Assembly: GCF_009914755.1 (NCBI RefSeq)
Contig: NC_060925.1
DNA length: 64,000 bases
Direction: 5' to 3' (one strand)
Origin: the human T2T-CHM13v2.0 reference genome, Homo sapiens
The position numbers and the translations under genes are program-made. Positions 51,822-64,000 of this stretch are shown piece after piece (the first letter of the stretch is position 1; the number at the start of each line of letters is the position of its first letter). The notes under the pieces are model-generated. The model made no database searches. It had not been told where the DNA came from and was given only the letters and a program-made list of their open reading frames with translations.

Positions 51822-52399
51822 TGCTCAATTAAGTGAAAAAAAATGAAAAAATAAATATACTACAGTTTCTCTTGAGCTTAACATCCTTTAAAAAGAAACA
51901 AAAGAAAGTAATATGCTTGGTGAGATATTTTCCCCAAAGCTTTCCTAGGACTTTGCATTTCTTTGCTTTACCTCTTAACCGGGACGTCTTATTCACCTGC
52001 TGCATACTGGGCTGAATGCTAGAGTTGTTGTTCATGGTTGGGAACACACACACCTTAAATTTTCCCCTCAGAATGCTCTTTGGTAATGTTTCCTTACACC
52101 GATGCTTAAACAGAATTCTGAGGTGGTGGAGTGGAGCCTGTATCAGAAGGGTAAGTGGGAGTCGTGGCTGGGTTCTAGCACTGGATGTGACCCCAAACTT
52201 TCTTTGTAACTTTAAACAAGCAATATGACTTCTGAAACTATGAACAATAGCTCCTGCCTTGACCATACTAAGAAACAAATGATATAATGATAACATCTTA
52301 CATTTGTACAAGAATTTACAAAATTCTTGCGATCATCTCATTTCCTCTTAGTAGCCACCCTCTGGAGTGAACATTGTTCTTCCCACTTGAGACAGAAGG

Positions 52400-52985
52400 A
52401 AACCTCCAGGCCATGCTTTACACAGAATCTAGAGTGATCTTTTTTAAAAAGCACAAAACTGATCATGCCACTTCCCAGCTTCCAGCCCTCTAATGTCTTA
52501 CTTCTCGTTGCTCCTGGGATAAAACCCGACTCCCTCACCATGGCCCGTGAGGCTCTGCTGGAGTCCTCTGTGCAGCGTCTTCCCAGCTCTCTGAGCCCCA
52601 GCCTCACTGGCTTGCTTTCAGCTTCTCTAAGGCATGTGCTGCTCTTCCTGCAGCCCTTTGCATCCGCTGGTGCTCTTCCTGGGACATGTTTGTCACTCCC
52701 CACCCATTCACCCTTCCTTTTCCTTCCCTTCTCCACTTGCCCAACTCAGAGTCCACTCCTCAGCCCAATCCAGATCAGAGCTCCTGTTTTAATCATCCTA
52801 GAACTCTATACTTTATATACACCCATGTTCAACATACATTTACTTATATCGTTACCTAATATCAGTTAGCTAGACATTAGACTTCATGAGGAGAGGGACC
52901 ATGTTTGTTAATCTGCCATTGCACCCCCAGCCTGGGCACAATACCTGACAGATCAGGACAGATCACGCCCTCAAAGCTGAATAAA
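52400..52985 (+). mobile_element. L2
   Basis: 'agagtgatcttttttaaaaagcacaaaactgatcatgccactt' and 'gacttcatgaggagagggaccatg'. Confidence 0.75.
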
Positions 52986-53036
52986 GACCTCATTGATGTT
53001 AACAAGAGTCCAAAGCAGAATTTGACCCAAACCTAG

Positions 53037-53369
53037 TGACTTAGCCCATTTTGTGCTGCTGTAACAAAATACCACAGACTGGGTGATTTATAAAAAACAA
53101 AAATTTAATCCTCACACTTCTGGAGTCTGGAAACCAAGATCAAGGTGCCAGCATCTGGTGAGGGCCTGTTTGCTACGTCCTCACATGTTGGAACACAGAA
53201 GGGCGGCAGAGAACCCACATCCACAAGCCCTTTTTAAGAGGGCTCTGCCCTCATGATCTAAACACCTCCCAGTGGTCCACACCTTCTAACATGGTTGCGC
53301 TGGGGATTAAGTTTTCAACACATGAGTCTTGGAGGGGACCAAAACATTCAAACCATAGCAACCATAGCA
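53037..53369 (-). mobile_element. MST-type MaLR solo LTR
   Basis: 'gtgctgctgtaacaaaataccacagactgggtgatttata...cattcaaaccatagca' with a terminal 9-bp duplication. TSD cctag/cccag. Confidence 0.85.
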
Positions 53370-54750
53370 CCCAGGGTAGGGATCTAGTGCTTTTGCCAAC
53401 ATCCCACACTGCATTGCAGGTAGCAGAAATGAAAATATTTTCCATGTATAAAGCAACATATACATGCAAGACACTGAAATTTAAAGAAAATACAATAGCT
53501 TCTATGGGACCACATTAACTTAGATGTGAACGTGCATCAAATTGTAACTCTCCCTGAATTGTAACATACTCCTGTATAGAAAGTAATATCAAATTGCCTC
53601 TTTTATTCATTCCTGGATAGGGAAAAATGCATGGAGTCTTTGGAGTTCAGTCCCCTGGGTCAAGGTATCAGCTCTCTTACATACCAGGTGTGAGACTTTG
53701 GTCCTTGTGTCATTCCCTCACCCAAGCCTCACTTTCTTTCCTTGTAAAGTGGAGGCTCCTAGTTTCTCCTTCATGGGTTTCTGTGAACAGACTCACACAA
53801 TGAATGCATTCACAACAATGAGAATTTCTCCTTCCACCCCACAGACTTCTGTTCTGCGCAGAGCCTGCTGCTCAGTAATAAGTAGAAAATGAATAGGAAA
53901 AACACTTCGGAAATCCAAGGCTGATGATTTGGAAATGTGCCTTTGTGAAGCTGATGTTCAAAGATAAAAACTGTTTTGAGCATAAAATAGTTATTTTACA
54001 GTCCACTTAGTTCTCATATGGTAATTTCATACCTGATTTTTTTTCTAAAATATATACTAATGTGTCAAATCCATGGCATAATCTTCTTCGTATTTACTCC
54101 TCTTTAAGGCTTTTAATTCTTCGATTTTAGTACACATAAAGAAAAGCCATGAAGAGGCATTGATGACAAGTATTGATTCCAGCCTATGAAATATTCCCAC
54201 TGTCCTTTAAAGTTTTAGGTCTTTACAACCTCAGGGGAAGGAGGAGAGGAGGCTGCTCTGAATTCATACGGTATATCTGAGAGGACCAGCCCTGTCCTCT
54301 CTCAAGGTGGACTGGTTTCAGAAGCAGTGAGCATGCCCTGCACTTACATCATCCCTTCCTCATCATCCCTCACCCGGTGCTCATAGCAGTATCATCATGT
54401 AAGCACAGGAAAGGAATGGCTGCTCTATTAGGAGTCACTGAAGGCTGAGACCAGCAGCAGCAGCAGCTCCAGAATGTTTACAGAAGAGGGGCTTAAGTGC
54501 TGGGGTAGGGTTAAAGGGGGTCTTAGAGGACTGGCCTGAGGCCACTTTAGTACACCAAGCCTCTTGGCTTATAAATGGAGGCATGTTTATTTGAACTCTT
54601 GAGGGGGTGGGAGATGTGGTTGCAGTGTCTGACTGATACCATTGAAGCAGCATTTGCAAAAGCAGTAAAATTCTGCTTTGCTTCTTTTTCCCTGTACTCT
54701 CTTTCCTTAACATTTAATATGGAAAAAATTGATAAACCTTCACCTCAAGT

Positions 54751-54922
54751 CAGGCCACTGCTAGCCCATATGGTACTTTTGTGCAGATTAGAAAAAGATC
54801 CCCGTCTTGGCAGACACATCAGTGAGACACACAGGTTGGTAACTGGATTCAGTCCCTACTCAGCTCCTTAGCCAGGAATATTTGTGAAGTGCACAACTGT
54901 AGAGCTGTACCTGGCAGCCGTG
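54751..54922. mobile_element. MER91-like hAT element
   Basis: 'caggccactgctagcccatatggtacttttgtgcagattagaaaaag...gtgcacaactgtagagctgtacctggcagcc'. Confidence 0.55.
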
Positions 54923-55514
54923 CCTCAGAGGCAGGCCTGTGGCTTCAGGCCCCAGGAAAGGGCTGCCTTCACTCAGTGGCAAGGGTCCAGCCCTGGATTT
55001 TGAATTTCCCAGCTTTTAAGAGTTAACTCTCATGCTTGCTTTTCTGTCCTGAGCCTCTTTCATTTCTGCTTTTGGCAGTTTTCTTTTTTCTATACCACAT
55101 TATATATGATGGACTTTCAGAAGTAGAAAAGAGCAGGCCGGTTTCCTTGGCTCTTCCATCTATTTGTGTTTGGTACTTGGTTGAATGTGTGCTTTTCCAG
55201 ATGATGTCACCATGTCTTTAAATAGTCCTCAAATACTCTTTGCTAAAGGCTTTTCAAAAGACAGTAAAATGTTTCTCTTTACCTGCTTTGGAGCTTAGTA
55301 CTGTGATTTTAAGACAAACAGGAGCTATAAAGGCTGGCTTTTGAGTTCAACACGTTTCCAGGAGGCACAGAGCTAGGCTAGGTCACTCTAGAAACCAACC
55401 TGGTAGCTGTCTTCTGCATTGTCTTGGGGAAATTATAGCAGACAGCCAAAATAGAAAGGGTAAAAGTCCTTGGGCTAAAGGATTTTCGAATATTGTTTCA
55501 AAGTAAGAAGTGCT

Positions 55515-56445
55515 GCATATGCAGTTAACTGTTGCTGTGTCACTGCCTAGATCTTAATGGCTTAAAACAACATCCATTTATTATTCCTCTTGGTTACTTT
55601 GGAGGGAGGGAGGGTTGGCTGAGCAGTTCCACTGATCTAGGCTGGGCTCTATTGATCTCAGCTCACTCACACATCTGCAGTGGGATGGACAGTTTTGTGT
55701 GTCAACTTTGCTAAGCTATTGTACCCAGTTATTTAATCAAATACTAATCTAAGTGTTGCTGTGAAGGTGTTTTGTAGATTTGATTAACATCTACAATCAG
55801 TTGACTTTGAGGAGAGTTCCTCGATAACCTGGGTGAGCTTCATCCAATTCATTGAGAAGCCTTAAGAACAAAATTGAGGTTTCCCAGAGGAAGAAGGAAT
55901 TTGGCATATGGCCCGCAGTGAGAGCTCTTGCCCAACAGTTTCCAGCCTGCCCACCTGCCTTATGGATTTCAGACTTACCTAACCAGCCCCTACAATTGTG
56001 TAAGCCAATTTCTTGCAATAAATCTCATAGGCATAGACAGCAACATAAATAAACAACAGGTTCTGTATCTCTGTGGAACCCTAACTAATCCATGTGGTCA
56101 GCCGCTGGGTCAGCCAGAGCCTTGCTGATCTGGGACGGCCTCAGCTGGGATGACCCAAACTGTGCTCCATATGGTCCCTCATTTTCATGTCCTCATGACA
56201 GTGGCAGGAGCCTAAGGGAGGAAATGGAAGCATGCAGGATACTTGAAGCATAGCCGTGGAACTAGCATACTGTAACCTCTTCCTCATTCTATTGGCTGAA
56301 CAGCAAGTAACAAGACTGGCACAGGTTAAAGGGTCGGGGGAAAATAATCACCTCTGGATGTGAGGATCTACAAAGTGACACTGTAGGAGGCAAGAATGCA
56401 AGGAAAAGTGAACATCTGAGGCTACAGTTGTCATTGATCTGCCAT
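55515..56445 (-). mobile_element. MLT1 LTR with a nested MLT2 LTR
   Basis: 'ttaatggcttaaaacaacatccatttatt' ... 'cattctattggctgaacagcaagtaacaag'. Confidence 0.7.
55681..56092 (+). mobile_element. MLT2-type ERVL solo LTR
   Basis: 'ttttgtgtgtcaactttgctaagctattgtacccagttatttaatcaaatactaatcta...tctctgtggaaccctaactaatcca'. Confidence 0.82.
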
Positions 56446-56689
56446 AGACAGTTTGGTACAATGGTGCAGGAAAGGACAAACATCGGAATGTTTTGTAACT
56501 TCCAATATGCCTTTTTCCTCTCCTTAAGGGAGTTAAAACTATGAAGTAAAATACTCATAGTCTTAATTTTCTCACTTACAAATAAAGGATAATGAAGCTT
56601 ACCTTGTGGTGTTAGCATGAGAATAATGAGATAGCTACAAAAGCGTCTGTTGCACTACCTGTCAGGAGCTCAATAAATAATGCATCCCT

Positions 56690-56990
<301 letters not shown>

Positions 56991-57246
56991 AACAACACAT
57001 CTCTTTACCAGCAACACTTGAGCATGTACTGCATGTAAGAATAAAGAAGACAAAATCAACTGGAGGCACAGGACTGGAAATTTTATTTAAGTGTCTTTGT
57101 AGAATCAATATTCATAGGTAAAAACTCTGTTCAATAGAAAATATTTGTTTGACAAATAGTTTAGTCTTATGTGGTAATTCCAACAAAGTTTTGAATTTAT
57201 AGGCAAAAAACACCTTATGAGCACAAACACAACCCAGTCCCCATAA

Positions 57247-57628
<382 letters not shown>

Positions 57629-58529
57629 TAGAAGACATATTTTTTAAAGCTGGTGCCCAGGTTTTGGAATCAAGCAGACCTGAATTCGAACTCTATCTCA
57701 CACACTTTCTAGCTCTATGATTGAGGCACATCCCCTAAGCCCTAAGACACAGCTTTAGATCTGTCAAATGGGGATAATACCTCCTTCAGTTGGCTGCTGT
57801 GGTAAGCAAATTAAATAATACAAAGTAAATGTAGTTATTGTTATTGTAACCATATAGTATGATGACAGAAACATTCATTCAGGGTTTATAGTGCACTGAC
57901 ATGCTTTCTAAATTGTTTCCACTGCCCACTTACTTCACCTGTTCATGCTTTTCCCCACTGCAATAGTACTGACCTTTATTAAACTAGCACTTTGGGGCTG
58001 GTTAGAGACCTATCTTCTGCAACTGGAGTAGTATGGAGTTTCATCTAGAAACCATAGAACTTGTGGGTCTTAAAGCCTATCCCCAAAGATATCCAATGCA
58101 AAGGAAGTATCTGTCATTGGAGTGCCAAAGGACATATGGAATGCCACATAAGGTGGCATTAACACCCCACAGCAAATTAAATTGGTAGTAATGAAGATAA
58201 AGTCATCATAATTAATAATGAAAAAGCAAGAATAGCAGCAAAATGCATCCTTCCTGAAAACTGTTAAGATTGCCAGTTTCAGTATGTGTACACATTCTGT
58301 AGGAGCATTGAACATTGTCGGCCTTGTACAGCGGCCAGATTCTTAAGAGAATGCTGAACTGGAGTTCTCCAAAGCTCTACAAACATGCTGAGTTAAGTTA
58401 TGGATTCCAAATATTCTTAACCCTTAATAACTTATTTATTAGATTAATGATAAGTGCCTTTTAAATGTAAGCCAAAAATGAAATTGTATATACTCATACC
58501 AGTATTCACCCAAGAAAGGATTTTGCAAT

Positions 58530-59010
58530 TGTGCATAAGTTAAGCAGTATTCAGTGAACTTGCTGCCTGCCACCTGCAAGTAACCTAGCTAAAATTGTCA
58601 TAAACAATTAAAAATGTTATTTTCTTCCTTACCCACATTTTAAAGGTAGATGATCCCAGAGTTGGTCCAGCAGGGACACAAGGTCACATGGGGCCCAGGC
58701 AGTTTCCCTATTTCCATCTGCCCTCCTTAACGCATAGGGGATGCCTCCTTTTGTGGTCGCAGGGTGGCAGTGGTGGATCCAAACGTGGCATCTCACACAA
58801 CCACTTGTAAAACCAGAATGGGAGAGTGAGGCTGATTCTCCCATGTGTGTCTCTCTTTTTTAATAGAGAAAACCTCTTTCTCCCAAAGTCCCCCAGAAGA
58901 TTGCTTTTTCACATCCTCTTGGCCCTGATTTGGTCACAGACCCATACCCATAATGCAAGGGAGGATGGAAATGCAAGGATCTGGCATTTTCTGCATCCAA
59001 AAAGAGAGGT
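58530..59010. mobile_element. Old MLT1 LTR
   Basis: 'gtttccctatttccatctgccctccttaacg' and 'cacatcctcttggccctgatttggtcacag'. Confidence 0.6.
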
Positions 59011-59047
59011 GGGCTCTACCTGCAAGAAAAGAAGAGGAGGGAGGGAG

Positions 59048-59348
<301 letters not shown>

Positions 59349-59667
59349 GGGAGGAAGACGGAGGAAGACTAGGCATCTAGAAGTGTCTGCCAAAGAGGTC
59401 ACTGAGGGAGGAAGAAGAATGGCCCTTGGCAGGGCTCTGGAGCCACCCATTCCACCTTCACCAATAGTAGCCCCCATTCATATCAGTCTAATATGTTACA
59501 CTTCCCTGTGAGATTGTGTTTGACCAAAAGCTTCCATGGATAAAATCATTTGCAAATCTTGATTTTGGCACACACTCAAATACCTAATAAACTCAGTGAC
59601 TCAAAACTGACTGCTCCCCATTCCATTCCCAGCACCTGGAACAGTTCCTAGCACGTAGTAGAAGTTT

Positions 59668-60152
59668 GTATGGATTTCCTATCATTGCCATAGCAGATTG
59701 CCACAAACATGGTGGATAGAGGAGCACACATTTATGATCTTACAGTGCTGGAAGTCAGGAGTCCAAAATAATTTTCACTGGGCTAAAATCAAGGTGTCAG
59801 CAAGATTGCAATTCTTCTGGAGGCTCTAGGGAGAAATCCATTTCCCTGTCTTTTTCAGATTCTAGTTGCCCACATCCCTTGGCTTGTGGCTCCTTCCATC
59901 AGTGGCATCATTCTGACCTCTGCTTCTGTTGCCACCTCTCCTCTGACTCTGACCCTCTTGACTCTTTCTTAGAAGGACCCTTGTGATTGCGTTGAGCCCG
60001 CCCAGATAATCCAGGATGATCTTCCCATCTCAGGATCCTTAACTTATCCACATCTGCAAAATCCCTTTGGCCATGTAAGGTAACATATTCACAAGTTCCA
60101 AGTATTAGGACATGGACATCTTTGCTGGGGGTGGGAGGATTATTCTACCACA
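59668..60152 (-). mobile_element. MLT1C/D-type LTR inside an L2 3' end
   Basis: 'ttctggaggctctagggagaaatcc' and 'ggccatgtaaggtaacatattcacaagttccaagtattaggacatggacatctttg'. Confidence 0.85.
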
Positions 60153-60220
60153 GAACTCAGTAAATATTGGTTGAATTGTTGCATGAGCAGTAGAATCTCA
60201 GCATTGGAAGCTTCTTGGGG

Positions 60221-60426
<206 letters not shown>

Positions 60427-61816
60427 TAATCTAACCTCCTACACGGTCTAAGAATCTCTTGACTGCCAGATAGTTAATCTGCCTCCACCTGAATACCTCT
60501 GGTGCTGGGATCTTCCAAATCTACACTTCCAGGATTGGACAGCTACGGACATTAAACATTTAGACCTTTCTAATTGCCTATGCACTGATATTACTTCTGC
60601 CCTTCTTCCTTCTGGAGAAATCTACTGATTGTATCTTCTCTATCACTATTTTTACTATATTTTGAAAAAAGAAGCTGTCTTCTTATATTCATCATTTACA
60701 AATCTTTACTTAGCACGTCTCTGTTAGTCATTTGGGTGCAAAAAGATAAAAGACAGCCCCATCTTTGAGAAGGATTTTGGAAAAACGAATTCTGCACATA
60801 TGTAGTTAAGTAGCAATACAATTAAATGAGATCATCTACGTAAAGAGCTTAGTGCTGTCCCTGGCATACAGCAAATGCTCCAAAAATGCTCTTGTTGCTC
60901 TTCTTACCACTCACACATGCTCTGAGCCAAATGGATGATTCATGGGGAGTTTGGTGAGGGTAAAGTGACTGGCAAAGGCTCAGGGAGGAGGGGAGGTGTA
61001 AGAAGGGGCAGAATGTAAACAAGCTCAAGGCAAAGGGGAAGGCATTCCAGGCTGGACAAACAATAAGCAGGGGTCCAGAAGGCAGATTAAACGGGTCAAG
61101 CTCTGGGGAAATTAATGGACTCATTTGTCTCATGTGGAGTTTATCTTAACTAGCTTGGGCAAACCAGCCAGTACTTTATAAATATTGTCAATAGTAGCTA
61201 TAGATAGCAACTGCTCAGCAGTCTCTCCCGAATGTCTCCTCCTGAGCCCTTCTCAGGCTGGTAGACTCAGAGTAAAGCCTGTCACCTCAGGCCCCCATAT
61301 TGTTTCTAATGGGAAGAAGACTTCTTTTGACCTGCCTCTTTGATTCCCAACTCCGACCTGGATATCATCTTTCATTCCTCCCTGGCTCTATGTCCCACTG
61401 CCACTAACTAGCTCTGTCTCACTTTCCACTCAGGCTTACCCTCTAGAGCCTTGGGGATTGAACACAGACATTCATGTTGAGGAATAATGAAAGCAGGAGA
61501 AGTAGGGTCCAGGTCAGACTGTAGGCTTCGGAGTGGTTGATGGAAAACTGTTGCTTCTATGACAGTGATGATCAAGAAGTGCTTCAGGCTGCAGGGAAAG
61601 CATTAATTAGGGTACAGTGTGACCAATGGAGGAACTCAGAAGGAAGAGGACTGGAGAAGGAGTTGTCAGTCCCTTAAGCTCTCCACTGGCTCACCTCATC
61701 TGGACCCACCTTCCCCCAATCTTACTTCCTTCTTAAAGAAAGGTGATGTGACAAAGGATGATGCCTCTGGGTGATCCTTTTTCTCCCTGAAAACACACAA
61801 ACACACATATAATGTG

Positions 61817-62122
61817 TTTTATTCTTTTATTTATTTATTTTTGAGACAGAGTCTCTTTCTTTCACCCAGGCTAGAGCACAGTGGTGCAATCACAGCTCAC
61901 TGCAGCCTCAAACACTTAAATTCAAGTGATCCTCCCACCTCAGTCTCCTGAGTAGCTGAAACTATAGGTGTGCACCATGTCTAGCTATTTTTTTAACTTC
62001 TTTGTACAGACGGGGTCTCACTATGTTTACCAGGCTGATCTTGAAGTCCTGGCTTCAAACAATCCTCCCACCTCAGCCTCCCAAAGTGCTGAGATTACAG
62101 GTGTGAGCCACTGTGCTCAACC
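61817..62122 (-). mobile_element. AluJ
   Basis: Diverged full dimer. Confidence 0.88.
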
Positions 62123-62171
62123 TAGTGTGTTTTATTCTAATAATAAATCTGATTTTCCATTTTGCTAGGAG

Positions 62172-62532
62172 TATGTGTGTGTGCATGTATATATATATAT
62201 ATGTGTGTGTGTGTGTATTCTATATACTCCATATATAGATATATAAAGGCTCCATATATAGATATAGAGAGAAATATATATATTACTCAGGGAGGTGGGG
62301 AGGTAGAAGGGGCAGAATGTAAACAAGCTCAGGGCAAATGTATATATATACATATATATTATATATATACAAATATATATTATATATATGTATATATATA
62401 CTATATATTATATATATACAAATATATATTATATATATATGTATATATATTATATATATACAAATATATATTATATATATATATATGTATTACTCTCTCT
62501 GTATATCTATATATGGATCCTGTATATATGTA
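62172..62532. repeat. AT-rich low-complexity and partly palindromic array with a central non-AT insert
   Basis: (TA)n-derived units; inverted 16-mers at 62251-62266 and 62502-62517. Confidence 0.9.
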
Positions 62533-63599
62533 TGGCACCTAATAAAAGTTAAGAGACAAGCCAGTGTGCTCTGTAATTCCCAGTGACTGAAGCTCAGCTT
62601 TGCCATTTTATTTCTGTTTTACAAGGAATTAGAAAACAAAGAGGTAAAGGTCAAATAATTCCTTGGCAAGACTAGTCAGATGTGACTTTATGGCCAACAT
62701 TAACTTTACATGAAATTAAAATGGGAACTTTGCCCCTTCCTTTAAACCACCAGCCTGACAAAGCTCTTCTTAACAATGGTGCTACATTTGGCATCTGAAG
62801 ACAAGATCAAAGTGTTTCATAATCTTCTAGCAGAGAGTTGAGTTGAACACGTATTTGAGATGATGAAAAAAGGAACTTAGAGAAAAACAGTGAGAAAATT
62901 TTTTTCTTTAAAATTTCTTATTAGAGACACTAATATTGCAATTTATATGTAAGAGAAGAAAAATACCATTTCTCCTAGAGAACTAGGTCTGTTAAAGCAG
63001 TTTATATAGAGAAACTGCAATTTAATACAACTGGAAAAAGTTAGCCTAGCATCTACCACATTTTTTTCAACTCTGTTTACTCAGTTATACAAGTACTTTA
63101 CAGCAAGCAGACCTCTAATTGTGTAGTTCAGTGAATGAGAAATGGGACTTGCTGCGGAATAAATTCTGGGGTGTAACTAAATTACACACCATTTCCCATA
63201 CTTTTTTCTTTCAAATTGCCCATTACTTTAAATGAAAACATGCTTTAGAAAAGAACTGTAACCACTCAAAATTTCTCAAGGACCAGTCTCCCTTCTCCCT
63301 GGTGATAAAATGTACTTATGTTTGTATTTTTCAACATTCTCCTGCTGAAGTTCCAAGGGATTTCAAAACTTCATTCACAGTTTTCCAGTAAAACCTGTAA
63401 AATTCATTTTCAGATCATTGGTTTAGCATGATCCAGCTTCAGCTCCACTTTTAGCAAATGAATCCATCTTCGTTTCTATTCATATGACACCAGGAGCATT
63501 TCTAACGATGCCCCTCCCTGCTCACCATACTCCGTCATCCTGCACTTATGTATCATCTCACGCCAGCCGGGTCAGCCGGAGGAAGGCAGAACATGGGCT

Positions 63600-63790
63600 T
63601 GGGGAATTGGGAAGCCCGACCCACCAGGGCATCCTGCACAAGTTGCATAAGCTTTCTGAGCTTCAGTTTCCTCATCTGAAAAATGGGAAACATCAAACTT
63701 GCCTACTTCCTAGTTTTTTTCTGAGATCAGATGAGATTGCACATGCTGAAAACACTCTAAGTACTACTGAAATAATAGTTCCAGTAATCA
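63600..63790 (+). mobile_element. MIR
   Basis: 'ctttctgagcttcagtttcctcatctgaaaaatggg'. Confidence 0.8.
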
Positions 63791-63926
63791 TTTTCTAAAA
63801 TTGTTTAATGTGTGAGGTGTTTTGCTGTTTTTTTAAAAAAAAAAAACAGGTATAAGGAAAGTGCAAAAAAATTCATTTTCAGGTAAAAAGATGAGGAAAT
63901 AGCCTGATCTATTTTTGATTGTTCTT

Positions 63927-63930
<4 letters not shown>

Positions 63931-63968
<38 letters not shown>

Positions 63969-64000
63969 GTGTGTTTCTGAGACAGGGTCTCACTCTGTCA
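63931..64000 (-). repeat. (TG)n followed by the 3' end of an antisense Alu running off the window
   Basis: (TG)n at 63931-63974, then 'tgagacagggtctcactctgtca'. Confidence 0.85.

Noticed and set aside
54452-54467. (CAG)5 tract
   Set aside because: Short, intronic and not part of a supported exon.
62162-62586. I/Y-rich ORFs
   Set aside because: Artefacts of the TA-rich array.

Overview
Primate (human-like) genomic DNA, AT-rich and dominated by repeats. The only protein-coding sequence I can support is one 77-nt + strand exon (4134-4210) encoding (G)SSDLDPSMILDTGEIIDTGSDYEDQ. I recognise this peptide as the linker between the two kinase domains of adenylate kinase 5 (AK5). The rest of the window is intron. 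It contains a retroposed U7 snRNA copy, many Alu/L1/L2/MIR/MaLR/DNA-transposon relics, and an antisense MER4-group ERV1 provirus (tRNA-Leu PBS, PPT, two LTRs). The 5' LTR of that provirus is split by an L1 that keeps both ends but has lost almost all of ORF2. I find no novel coding system; the long ORFs I checked are repeat-derived or low-complexity. The most striking unexplained pattern is a set of repair-like scars. Three short stretches (38-84 bp) are copied in direct orientation from templates 0.7-1.3 kb away. There is also a tail-less Alu 5' fragment, a ~21-bp micro-inversion, a scrambled MER52/THE1 composite bounded by an 8-bp direct repeat, and palindromic AT-rich arrays. Two consensus RFX X-boxes lie in non-repeat islands. 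Repeat subfamily names and gene symbols come from recognition by eye, not a database search, and boundaries of old repeats are approximate.
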